DNA of 24,551 nucleotides from contig JBBSVN010000019.1 of the NCBI GenBank assembly GCA_038046765.1, positions 1 to 24,551 on the forward strand. The letters are read 5' to 3'. The notes under the pieces are model-generated. The model was given only the letters and a program-made list of their open reading frames with translations. It searched no databases and had not been told where the DNA came from. Shown piece by piece: positions 9,625 to 17,808 of this stretch (position 1 is its first letter; every line of letters begins with the position of its first letter). A program made the position numbers and the translations under genes. This stretch comes from Candidatus Micrarchaeota archaeon (GTDB taxonomy: Archaea > Micrarchaeota > Micrarchaeia > Anstonellales > Bilamarchaeaceae).

Positions 9625-9804
9625 TTACTTCTTTTCAAAATAACCGCATTTACCGCAGCTTCTCCTGTCTTTATGTTCTGCCAATTTAACTCCTGGACCG
9701 CATTTTAAACAGAACTTTCCTGGTTTGTATGCTTTAGTTAGTCTTTCTTTTTTTACAGGAGCTTTTGGTGCTGTTTTTGAATCTTTTTTCTTATCGTCAG
9801 CCAT
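9625..9804 (-). CDS. rps27ae: 30S ribosomal protein S27ae (eS31), 59 aa, absent from the ORF track
   Basis: Translated by hand: [59 protein letters not shown]. It has the C4 zinc finger and AEH-DR motif, a GAGGT SD, and the canonical position after rps24e. Confidence 0.93.
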   Translation of the reverse strand: MADDKKKDSKTAPKAPVKKERLTKAYKPGKFCLKCGPGVKLAEHKDRRSCGKCGYFEKK

Positions 9805-9878
9805 AGTATAAACCTCATATCAATATTAAAGTATATTAAATTTTAGATAGAATATAAAAATAAAATTATTAATTAAAT

Positions 9879-10211
9879 TTATTGCTTCTTTTTAGCAGGT
9901 GCTTTTTTCTCTTTCACTTTCTTTGGTTTCTTTTCTGCAACTCCTGACCGAACCAGAATATGATGTGGTTCATTCTTCTTTAGAGTTTCTACTTTAGTGT
10001 ATACATGCGCAGTAACGGAAATTTCTTTTACACCAAATTGATTTGAAATATTTCTTATAACTACGTTTTCTTCTGCCAAACCAAGTTTCTGTGATATTGC
10101 ATACCTCAAATCTTTTTTATTCGGGGTTGCTGCACCAAAAGAAACTGTAAGTTCAACTTCTTTTCTGTCTAATAAACCATTTTGTTTTTCTGAATTTACC
10201 TTAACATCCAT
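9879..10211 (-). CDS. rps24e: 30S ribosomal protein S24e (eS24)
   Basis: NGLLDRKEV...ATP...I-x-NQFG...AHVY pattern, Lys-rich tail and synteny with rps27ae. Confidence 0.92.
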   Translation of the reverse strand: MDVKVNSEKQNGLLDRKEVELTVSFGAATPNKKDLRYAISQKLGLAEENVVIRNISNQFGVKEISVTAHVYTKVETLKKNEPHHILVRSGVAEKKPKKVKEKKAPAKKKQ

Positions 10212-10290
10212 TATATCAACTCGTAATAAAAAACATCAGAATGTATAAACTCCGCTGTTTATGTGTTATTAATATTGAAGAGATAGGTTT

Positions 10291-10698
10291 TTATTTGATT
10301 CTTTCAATTTTTCTTCTACCCATAGCCTGAATAAGTTCAACTTCCTTACCCGATGCTGCTAGTGCGACCATATCATCTGGCAAGTCCAGATTATATACTT
10401 CGTACGTGACTGAATCCATTACCTGTGCATTCTTACCGCTTACAGAAACGATTTGTGCATTTTTCCGGTCAATCATTGGAACTTCTACATCTGCATCTGC
10501 CGAAGTAAGAAGAGTTTTTTTCTGACCATCGAAAATGCCAATACCAGTAACACGCATCTTAGCTGATCCGTGTTTTCCGGTTTTAGATGTTTCAATATCG
10601 ACAACACGACATGGGATTTCCTCAATTAATAAATATCTTCCAATTTTAATATCTTTTGCTGATGCATAAGATTTATCTGACATACTATTTTCTGACAT
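10291..10698 (-). CDS. eif5a: Translation factor aIF5A (eIF5A)
   Basis: Hypusine loop SKTGKHGSAK. The likely start is ATG 10698, with AAGGTG SD upstream. Confidence 0.96.
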   Translation of the reverse strand: MSENSMSDKSYASAKDIKIGRYLLIEEIPCRVVDIETSKTGKHGSAKMRVTGIGIFDGQKKTLLTSADADVEVPMIDRKNAQIVSVSGKNAQVMDSVTYEVYNLDLPDDMVALAASGKEVELIQAMGRRKIERIK

Positions 10699-10719
10699 AT
10701 TGTTAAACACCTTAATTAG

Positions 10720-10754
10720 CCAGTAGCTTCTAGCATTTGGCCTCTAGCTACTAA
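10720..10754 (-). promoter_or_regulatory. Stem-loop in the presumed 5' leader of the aIF5A operon
   Basis: On the minus strand, TTAGTAGCT pairs with AGCTACTGG (9 bp including G-U), with an AGA/AGA internal loop and a GGC/GCT cap stem. It lies just upstream of the SD. Confidence 0.45.
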
Positions 10755-10809
10755 TAACTAGCATTCTTACTAGAGAAACTTTATAAGATTACATTTATAA
10801 ATATATTTT

Positions 10810-11553
10810 ATGTTTGTTGATTCGCATTGCCACTTGGAAGATATGAAAGAAACTAATTTTGAAGATGTTTTAACGGTTACAGTAGGATATTCGCATAGGT
10901 CAAATGTAAAAAATTTTACAATCGCCACAGAAAAGAAACTGCCATTTGTACTTGGAATTGCACCCCAAACTGCGTTAAAAGAGGATATAACTAGATTAAA
11001 TGAATGGATAGACTTCATAAAAAATACAAACATAAAACCAAATGCGATAGGCGAAATAGGCCTTGATTACCATTGGGCAAAGACAAAAGAGGATATTAAT
11101 AAGGAAATGAAAGTTTTTGATGAAATGTTAAATTTATCAGAACAGATGAAACTTCCAGTAGTAATACACTCTAGGTCAGCCACAAAACAGGATGAAGAAA
11201 CAAAAAAATTCGGGAGTGCTGAATCGGATGTCATAAAAATTTTAAAGGAACGCGGATTTTCAAAAATAATGATGCACTTCTTTTCTGGAAAAGCGGATGA
11301 AGCCGAAGCTGCCTTTTCTCTTGGAGCTTATATTTCTATACCACCACTTCGATCAAAAGAAAGGAAAGAAACGATAAAAAGAATCCCGCTAGAAAATTTG
11401 CTTGTTGAAACAGATTCGCCTTATGTAGTACGGACGCCACTTCAAGTAAAGGATTCGGTTGAGTACATTGCAGAAATAAAAAATCTTGATTTTGAAATTG
11501 TAAAGGAACAGACTGCTAAAAATGCAATAAAACTTTTTAACATTAGATTATAA
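10810..11553 (+). CDS. tatD: TatD-family metal-dependent deoxyribonuclease
   Basis: Motifs DSHCH, AIGEIGLDY, VIHSR, MHFFSG and LLVETDSPY. Confidence 0.93.
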   Translation: MFVDSHCHLEDMKETNFEDVLTVTVGYSHRSNVKNFTIATEKKLPFVLGIAPQTALKEDITRLNEWIDFIKNTNIKPNAIGEIGLDYHWAKTKEDINKEMKVFDEMLNLSEQMKLPVVIHSRSATKQDEETKKFGSAESDVIKILKERGFSKIMMHFFSGKADEAEAAFSLGAYISIPPLRSKERKETIKRIPLENLLVETDSPYVVRTPLQVKDSVEYIAEIKNLDFEIVKEQTAKNAIKLFNIRL

Positions 11554-11589
11554 ATGTAATCTTTGCAATTTATAATTAGGGATTAGCTC

Positions 11590-12057
11590 ATGGATTTATT
11601 ATCTATTTTTAAAGGAAAAGACAGGATAGCGATACTTGTAGATGGCCCTAATATAATAAGAAAATCATTTAATATAGATCTAAACGAAGTAAAAAAACAA
11701 GTAGCTAAATACGGGCAGATCCGGGTTGCGAAAGTTTACTTAGACCAGTTTGCAAGCGATAAATTAATTGAAGCGATGATAAATCAGGGTTTTGATACGA
11801 CAATAACAACTGGCGACGTTGATGTGACGATGGCTATTGAAGGAATGGAGTATTTAGTAGATAAAAAAATAGATACACTTGCACTAGTTACACGAGATAC
11901 TGATTATAGACCATTATTAGTTAAGGCACGCGAAAAGGGTAAGCGAACGATAATTGTAGCAACAGACACCGCTTTTAGCGCAGCCCTTAAAAATACTGCG
12001 GACATAGTTATAATAATAAAAAATAATGAAAACATAGAACATACAACAAATGTTTAG
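11590..12057 (+). CDS. NYN/LabA/DUF88 (PIN-like) domain protein
   Basis: Acidic motifs LVDGPN, GDVDVTMA and TRDTDYRP, plus SAALKNTAD. Confidence 0.88.
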   Translation: MDLLSIFKGKDRIAILVDGPNIIRKSFNIDLNEVKKQVAKYGQIRVAKVYLDQFASDKLIEAMINQGFDTTITTGDVDVTMAIEGMEYLVDKKIDTLALVTRDTDYRPLLVKAREKGKRTIIVATDTAFSAALKNTADIVIIIKNNENIEHTTNV

Positions 12058-12078
12058 TTTTTTTAGAGGTGTATAGTA

Positions 12079-12303
12079 ATGGCAGAGAAAAGACCTTTCG
12101 ATATATTAAACGGTGCATTAAACAATACCGTCATAGTCGGATTAAAAGGAGGAGTAGAATTTAGAGGCGTAATGGCAGCTTATGACGTTCACATGAACAT
12201 TGTTCTAGAAAAAGCAGAACAAATGCTAAATGGCGAAGTTAAAAGAGGCGTAGGTACTGTTTTACTTCGAGGAGATAGCGTAACATTTATTTCTCCAAGT
12301 TAA
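12079..12303 (+). CDS. Archaeal Sm-like protein (SmAP1/Lsm)
   Basis: RPFDIL, GVMAAYDVHMNIVL (Sm1) and LLRGDSVTFISP (Sm2). GAGGTG SD. Confidence 0.95.
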   Translation: MAEKRPFDILNGALNNTVIVGLKGGVEFRGVMAAYDVHMNIVLEKAEQMLNGEVKRGVGTVLLRGDSVTFISPS

Positions 12304-12358
12304 GAAAAAACTTAAATTTTATTTTTTTTAATTTTTCTTTTTTTAAATTTAATTTATC

Positions 12359-12472
12359 GGGCAGATAGATCAACGGTAGATCACTCGCTTGGCGTGCGAG
12401 AGGCTGGGGGTTCAAATCGGTTTTCAGTCCCGCGTTTTGGGTTCTGTTTATGTGAAGATCCCCTTCTGTCCA
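12359..12472 (+). tRNA. tRNA-Ala(GGC) with a 42-nt BHB intron (12417-12458) at non-canonical position 59/60
   Basis: Acceptor GGGCAGA/TCTGTCC with G3:U70 and discriminator A, D-arm GATC/GATC, anticodon arm CTCGC-TTGGCGT-GCGAG, T-stem GGGGG/CCCCT. The T-loop TTCAAAT is restored after removing 12417-12458. CCA is not encoded. Confidence 0.92.
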
Positions 12473-12595
12473 AGTTATTTTATTTTAAAAAGCAAAAGTA
12501 AAGAAGCAGAATATTTAAAAACCATCGTAACTATATTATAGTTACTAAAGTGTTACTTATTATAGAATAGCTAATGTTTAGCTTGAATAATAATA

Positions 12596-12624
12596 ACCAA
12601 TGAAAACCCTGCAAAGGGCGAGGT
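12596..12624 (+). promoter_or_regulatory. Kink-turn in the rpl7ae 5' UTR overlapping the SD (putative L7Ae autoregulatory site)
   Basis: ACC-AAT-GA-AAA-CCCT-GCAA-AGGG-C-GA-GGT gives a C-stem ACC/GGT, a 3-nt bulge, tandem G.A pairs and an NC stem closed by a GNRA loop. The 3' strand is the GAGGTG SD. Confidence 0.75.
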
Positions 12625-12633
12625 GTAAATAAT

Positions 12634-13002
12634 ATGGCATCGTATGTAAAATTTGAAACTCCAAAGGAAGTAGTACCACAAGTACTCGAAATGGTTTCTG
12701 TTGCAAAAGACAGCGGAAAAGTAAAAAAAGGAGTAAATGAAACAACAAAAGCAATTGAAAGAAAAACAGCTCAATTAGTAATAATTGCAGAAGATGTAAC
12801 TCCTGAAGAAATTGTAGTACATTTACCAATGCTCTGTGAAGAAAAAACAATTCCATTTGTATATGTCCCAACAAGAAAAGAATTAGGGGCAGCAATAGGA
12901 ATCCCAGTAGGAACTTCATCTGTTGCAATTGAAAATCCAGGCGGAGCAAACGAAACATTGCAAAGCATCCTTAAAAGGTTGCCAAAGCCAGCAAAAAAGT
13001 AA
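12634..13002 (+). CDS. rpl7ae: 50S ribosomal protein L7Ae (eL8)
   Basis: [34 protein letters not shown] and ELGAAIG. Confidence 0.97.
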   Translation: MASYVKFETPKEVVPQVLEMVSVAKDSGKVKKGVNETTKAIERKTAQLVIIAEDVTPEEIVVHLPMLCEEKTIPFVYVPTRKELGAAIGIPVGTSSVAIENPGGANETLQSILKRLPKPAKK

Positions 13003-13017
13003 ATTTAAGGTGATGGA

Positions 13018-13224
13018 ATGGCAGAAGGAATTGCAGCAGAAATTGTAGAAGTAAGAACTAAAACAGGAGTATACGGAGAAATTTACCAGGTACTATGTAA
13101 AGTTCTTGATGGTCCAGACGCTGGAAGAGTAATTTTAAGAAATGTTAAAGGTCCGGTCAAAGCGGGAACAATTTTAATGTTACTTGATAGCGAAAGAGAA
13201 GCCAAAGAAATTAAGGCGAAGTAA
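13018..13224 (+). CDS. rps28e: 30S ribosomal protein S28e
   Basis: TGVYGE...RVILRNVKGPVKAG...LLDSEREA. AAGGTGA SD. Confidence 0.95.
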   Translation: MAEGIAAEIVEVRTKTGVYGEIYQVLCKVLDGPDAGRVILRNVKGPVKAGTILMLLDSEREAKEIKAK

Positions 13225-13242
13225 AAATAAGAGGAGGCAAAC

Positions 13243-13464
13243 ATGGTTAACTGTTCATTTTGTAGTTTTGAAGTGCAAAAAGGATGCGGATTAATGTACG
13301 CTAAAAAAGACGGCACAACATATAACTTTTGTTCAAGTAAATGCAGAAAGAATCAACTTGACTTAAAAAGAGAAGGTAGACGCGTAAAGTGGACGAAAAG
13401 CTCCAGATTATTTAAAGCAATGGAAGCTAAAAAAGCTGCAGTCAAAAAAGAAGAAAAGAAATAG
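13243..13464 (+). CDS. rpl24e: 50S ribosomal protein L24e
   Basis: CSFC...G-G-MY-KKDG...FCSSKC...WT. GAGGAGG SD. Confidence 0.95.
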   Translation: MVNCSFCSFEVQKGCGLMYAKKDGTTYNFCSSKCRKNQLDLKREGRRVKWTKSSRLFKAMEAKKAAVKKEEKK

Positions 13465-13475
13465 GAGGAGAGGAT

Positions 13476-13937
13476 ATGATGCAACAAACTTTAGTTTTTC
13501 TTAAACCAGACTGCTTACAACGCGGTTTAATCGGAGAAATAATTAGCAGATTTGAAAAACGAGGTCTTAAGATTGTTGCTATGAAAATGCTCAAAATAAC
13601 TCCTGAATTATCTAAAAAGCATTATGCGCACTTGGTAACGAAGGGTTTTTATCCAGATTTGGAAAAATTCGTAACTTCGTATCCAGTAGTTGCATTTGTT
13701 TTAGAAGGTAAGGAAGTTATCGAAGTTTTAAGAGGAATGCTTGGTCCAACTAATTCAAGAAAAGCACCAAGCGGAACAATTCGAGGAGACTTTTCAATGA
13801 GCATGTCAAGAAATATAATACATGCTAGCGACAGTTTAGAAGCTGCGCAAAAGGAAATAGATAACTTCTTTAAGAAAGAGGAAATGTACAGCTACGAATT
13901 CTTAAATGACGAATTTATTTATGCTAGCGACGAGTAA
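13476..13937 (+). CDS. ndk: Nucleoside diphosphate kinase
   Basis: KPD, GEIISRFE, GTIRGDF and NIIHASDS (catalytic His). Conserved l7ae-s28e-l24e-ndk order. Confidence 0.97.
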   Translation: MMQQTLVFLKPDCLQRGLIGEIISRFEKRGLKIVAMKMLKITPELSKKHYAHLVTKGFYPDLEKFVTSYPVVAFVLEGKEVIEVLRGMLGPTNSRKAPSGTIRGDFSMSMSRNIIHASDSLEAAQKEIDNFFKKEEMYSYEFLNDEFIYASDE

Positions 13938-14057
13938 TTATTTTTAATTTATTTTCTAATTTTTAATTATTTGAATTAATTGTTCATTATTTTAGATTTA
14001 TTTTTAAACAGGTTCTGTGAATTAAAATACAAGGAAATCTAATTATGGTGATTTAAA

Positions 14058-14546
14058 GTGATTTTACCTAAGCAGCATATTGAACAAGGAAATTTAGTTA
14101 GCGAAACGATTGGAAGTTCGCAATTCCAACCTTGCGGGGTTGACATAACGCTTAAAGAAGCTTACACGTTTAAAACTGCTGGAAAATTAGACTTTGATAA
14201 TAAAGAAAGGAAAATAAGCGATGTTGAACCGATTGCTTATGCAAATGAAGAAATTAAACTTGCTAAAGGCGCGTACAAAGTAGTATTCAATGAATACGTA
14301 AGAATACCAAAAGATGCTGCTGCTTTATGTTTTACCCGTTCTTCGCTGCTTCGATCAGGTATAAGTTTAGAATGCGCAGTCTGGGATCCAGGTTATGAAG
14401 GAAGAAGCGAAGCATTGTTAATTGTACATAATGAAAATGGTGCCATTCTAAAAAGAAATGCTAAGATTGGACAACTAGTTTTCATAAAACTAGCTGAGGC
14501 AACAAATACGCTTTACGAAGGAGTTTATAAGGGGGAGAATAAGTAA
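14058..14546 (+). CDS. dut: Archaeal-type trimeric dUTPase (dCTP deaminase/dUTPase superfamily)
   Basis: QPCGVDITL, RSSLLRSG, WDPGYEG, IGQLVF and YEGVYKG. It lacks the TLE glutamate typical of dCTP deaminases. GTG start with GGTGA SD. Confidence 0.8.
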   Translation: MILPKQHIEQGNLVSETIGSSQFQPCGVDITLKEAYTFKTAGKLDFDNKERKISDVEPIAYANEEIKLAKGAYKVVFNEYVRIPKDAAALCFTRSSLLRSGISLECAVWDPGYEGRSEALLIVHNENGAILKRNAKIGQLVFIKLAEATNTLYEGVYKGENK

Positions 14547-14548
14547 AT

Positions 14549-14590
14549 TGTTAGCTTTGAGCCTTGAGCAATGAGCATTGAGCAATGAAC
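14549..14590. repeat. Imperfect 7-bp tandem repeat, 6 units (consensus NWTGAGC)
   Basis: tgttagc tttgagc cttgagc aatgagc attgagc aatgaac. Confidence 0.8.
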
Positions 14591-14657
14591 GAAGTAGGTT
14601 AGGTAAAGGTTAATTTTGCTTAACTTAGAAATAGAAACGAGACGAATCAAATAATAC

Positions 14658-14697
14658 TGGTAGACATTGGCAGAATAGGCTCTGCCACGATTTGCCA
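14658..14697. other. Long imperfect hairpin in convergent intergenic region (possible terminator or binding site)
   Basis: TGGTAGA-cat-TGGCAGA-ataggc-TCTGCCA-cga-TTTGCCA nested inverted repeat. Confidence 0.5.
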
Positions 14698-14765
14698 AGA
14701 TTATGATTAAGATGATTTTTTTTAGTGAGCATATTAGATTTTAGAGAGGCACAGTAAAATTTTCT

Positions 14766-14914
14766 ACCTGACTTTCGCAAATAATTTTCAGCCACGTCGG
14801 GCGAAAAAAGCGTTTTCACTACATTACGTAGATGTAGTTTTCACTACATTTGTTAACGACGCGAGCGGAAATCTTTTACGACGAAGCAAAGTTTCGAGTT
14901 TGCGAAATTTGGGT
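14766..14914. repeat. Structured intergenic element, copy A (terminal inverted repeats; related to 17809-17899)
   Basis: ACCTGACTTTCGCAAA pairs with TTTGCGAAATTTGGGT. Internal 14-bp direct repeat GTTTTCACTACATT (14812-14825 and 14837-14850) and hairpin ACTACAT/ATGTAGT. Confidence 0.55.
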
Positions 14915-14985
14915 TTTCTAATTAGGTACCAGTGTATTTTTTTATTCTCCGCAAACATCCTGCATTTGATAAATCAGCAATATTT

Positions 14986-17649
14986 TTAGTTTTTCATTAA
15001 AGTATATTCCTTTTTCTCAAACATTTTTTCAACAGATGAGAAAATCGTGTAAATCCCGAGGAACCCAATTAAACCAGCAAAAATAATTCCAAAATCGTTA
15101 ATCGTTAGAGGAACAACCTTAAAGTAAACACCAAATGGCGTAAATATTACTAATGCCTGAAGTAAAACGGAAATTGCAATAGCTAAGTAAAGCCAGTTAT
15201 TGTTCGCACTCCCATATCTTCTTCGAACTAGGTAAACCTTAAACATCTCGAAAATAACAAATGCAGTAAATACTATTGTCTGTGCCTTTTCTATACCCTG
15301 AGGAAGAAAATAAGAAAATAGCGCCAAGTAACTAATCGTTGCACTAACTCCGAGAAATAAAACAAAATGCATTGCGTCTTTATTTATTATACTTTCACCA
15401 TTTTTCCGAGGTTTTCTTTGCATAATATTTTGTGCAGGTGGATCAACACCAAGAGCTAGAGCAGGAAGACCGTCAGTAAGAAGATTTATCCATAGAAGAT
15501 GTATCGCTAGAAGGGGTAAACCCAGACCAAAAATAGAAGCTACAAATATAACTAAAACTTCTGCTAAGTTAGCGCCTAATAAATAAACTACAAACTTTCG
15601 GATATTATCATAAATTCCTCTTCCTTCTCGAATAGCATTTTTTATAGTGATAAAATTATCATCAAGTAAAATAATGTCGCTGGCTCCTTTAGTTACATCG
15701 GTGCCTCGAATGCCCATTGCAATTCCAACATCGGCATTTTTAACAGCAGCAGCATCATTAACTCCATCGCCAGTCATGGCAACTACGTGCTTGTTAGCTT
15801 GAAGGGCCTTTAGAATTTTAACTTTGTGTAAGGGAGAAGTACGCGCATAAATATTTATTTTTTCAACAATGTTTCTTAAACTAGTTTCATCTAAATTATC
15901 AAGTTCATCCCCACTAATTGCACTCCCAACTAACCCAACTTCAAGGCCAACCGCTTCTGCAGTAATTTTATTATCTCCTGTAATCATAACGACTCTTATT
16001 CCTGCAGCTTTGCAGTCAAAAATAGCTTCCTTAACGCCATCTCTTGGAGGATCGATCATACCCATTAGTCCAAGAAAAATAAGGTCAGATTCAAAGTCAT
16101 CAACTAATAGGTTTGGCTTTGCTTTTTTATATGCAAAACCTAAAACACGTAGAGCGTTAGAAGCAAAATTATTATTTTTTTCTAAAATTGCGTCAGCATC
16201 TTTTTTAGAAAACTTTCTTTCTTTACCTTCTTCTAGAATGTAGTTACACTTAGATAACAAAACTTCTGGTGCCCCCTTTACAAAAACAAATGCACCACTA
16301 TTAGTCTGATTAAGCGTAGACATTAGTTTACGATCTGAAGAAAAGGGATTTTCATTTATACGTTTATAATCTGATTTAATTTTATCGACATCAAACTTAG
16401 CCTTATAAGATGGAATAAGTACTGCAATTTCGGTTGGATCACCAGAAAATTTTCCGTTTTCCTTAAGTGAAGAATCATTACATAGAATTGCAGAATTAAA
16501 AAGCAACTTTATAGAATCAGTGTTAAAAGTTTTTTCATTATAAGAAAACACACCTTCAAGAGATTGACCTTTACCACTAACATCAATTATTTTTTGATCA
16601 AAGTAAATTTTAGTAACAGTCATAGAATTTTCAGTCATCGTTCCAGTCTTATCAGAACAAACAACATCAAGAGCGCTAAAATTTTGAATTGTACCTAGCT
16701 TTCTAATTAGTGCATTTTGTTTTACCATTTTATTTGCTCCAAATGCTAAAGATAGCGTAACAACTGCTGGAAGGCCTTCTGGAATAGCGGCAACACCAAG
16801 ACTTATTGCAATTAAAAAAATTCCAAGAATATTACCCTGCCTTAGGAATAATTCAGTTCCTGCAATTATAAGAATTATAACTAGAACTGCAATTGAAATC
16901 TTTTTACCTAAGTCTTCTGTTTCGACCTGGAACGAAGTTACTTTTTCAACTGCATCAGAAATTTCTTTAGCGATTTTACCAACTTCTGTCCTTAATCCAG
17001 TCGCAACAATTATTGCTTTTGCTTTTCCCCGCGTTATGTTAGTATTCATATAAAGCATATTCTTTCGATCAGCCAAGCTAGAAACATTTGCAATAGTAAG
17101 TGCATTTTTTTGAGAAGGAACACTTTCACCAGTAAGAACAGACTCATCAGCATGTAAAGAATAACATTCAAAAATTCTTGAGTCTGCAGGAACAACGTCG
17201 CCTTCTTTTAGAATGATAACATCTCCAGGAACTAGTAACTTAGAATCAATTTCAGTTTCCTTTCCTTCGCGAACTACAGTAGCAGTACGAACGACCATTT
17301 TCTTAAGCGCTTCTAAACTTTTTTCAGCTTTGTATTCCTGCGCAAAACCAAATATTGCATTTCCAATTACAATAAGAAAAATAAGGATTGAATCAAATAA
17401 ATTTTCTTCATCATTGCTAGTTATACCAATTGAAAAAGAAACTAATGCAGCGAATAACAACAAAAGAACAGGGATATTTTTAAACTGCCCTAGAAAAATA
17501 CTTAAAAGAGATATTTTCTTTTCTATCTCGATAGTATTTTGTCCGTGCTCGAAAATTCTTTGTTTAGCATCTTCGCTATTTAACCCGCTTTCGCTAGATT
17601 TTAGTTCTGAATATATTTTTTGAATATCAATCGAATGCCATTCCATCAT
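14986..17649 (-). CDS. P2A-type cation (Ca2+)-transporting P-type ATPase
   Basis: LTGES, VAAIPEGLP, CSDKTGTMT (phospho-Asp), KGAPE, MITGD, TGDGVNDA and WINLLTDGLPA. The start is probably ATG 17649 or 17646. Confidence 0.95.
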   Translation of the reverse strand: MMEWHSIDIQKIYSELKSSESGLNSEDAKQRIFEHGQNTIEIEKKISLLSIFLGQFKNIPVLLLLFAALVSFSIGITSNDEENLFDSILIFLIVIGNAIFGFAQEYKAEKSLEALKKMVVRTATVVREGKETEIDSKLLVPGDVIILKEGDVVPADSRIFECYSLHADESVLTGESVPSQKNALTIANVSSLADRKNMLYMNTNITRGKAKAIIVATGLRTEVGKIAKEISDAVEKVTSFQVETEDLGKKISIAVLVIILIIAGTELFLRQGNILGIFLIAISLGVAAIPEGLPAVVTLSLAFGANKMVKQNALIRKLGTIQNFSALDVVCSDKTGTMTENSMTVTKIYFDQKIIDVSGKGQSLEGVFSYNEKTFNTDSIKLLFNSAILCNDSSLKENGKFSGDPTEIAVLIPSYKAKFDVDKIKSDYKRINENPFSSDRKLMSTLNQTNSGAFVFVKGAPEVLLSKCNYILEEGKERKFSKKDADAILEKNNNFASNALRVLGFAYKKAKPNLLVDDFESDLIFLGLMGMIDPPRDGVKEAIFDCKAAGIRVVMITGDNKITAEAVGLEVGLVGSAISGDELDNLDETSLRNIVEKINIYARTSPLHKVKILKALQANKHVVAMTGDGVNDAAAVKNADVGIAMGIRGTDVTKGASDIILLDDNFITIKNAIREGRGIYDNIRKFVVYLLGANLAEVLVIFVASIFGLGLPLLAIHLLWINLLTDGLPALALGVDPPAQNIMQRKPRKNGESIINKDAMHFVLFLGVSATISYLALFSYFLPQGIEKAQTIVFTAFVIFEMFKVYLVRRRYGSANNNWLYLAIAISVLLQALVIFTPFGVYFKVVPLTINDFGIIFAGLIGFLGIYTIFSSVEKMFEKKEYTLMKN

Positions 17650-17808
17650 TTTGATCAATGTTAAATAGTCACGAATATTTAAAAGGGACTATTTTTTACT
17701 AAAATTATTATTTATACAATTTATATTAAATTGATAGAACTACTCCCAAACCCAGACGTACCAATCGTAAGATTTGCGAAATTGTAGTTCCTAAGGAGTT
17801 TGTTAGTG

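Noticed and set aside
10240..10267. Hairpin ATAAAC-N6-GTTTAT between eif5a and rps24e
   Set aside because: It has only ~6 AT-rich pairs on the transcribed strand, which is expected by chance in this composition.
12359..12432. Reading the tRNA as an intron-less or degenerate pseudo-tRNA ending near CAGTCCCG
   Set aside because: The T-stem and acceptor stem only pair properly with CCCCT-TCTGTCC at 12460-12471, and a BHB motif explains the insert.
10770..13316. Minus-strand ORFs 10770-11033, 12571-12774, 12578-12958, 12771-12968 and 13083-13316
   Set aside because: They are antisense to well-supported tatD and ribosomal protein genes.
14625..14819. 64-aa ORF in the dut/ATPase intergenic region
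   Set aside because: It has a non-ATG start, no SD or motif, and overlaps hairpins and the repeat element.
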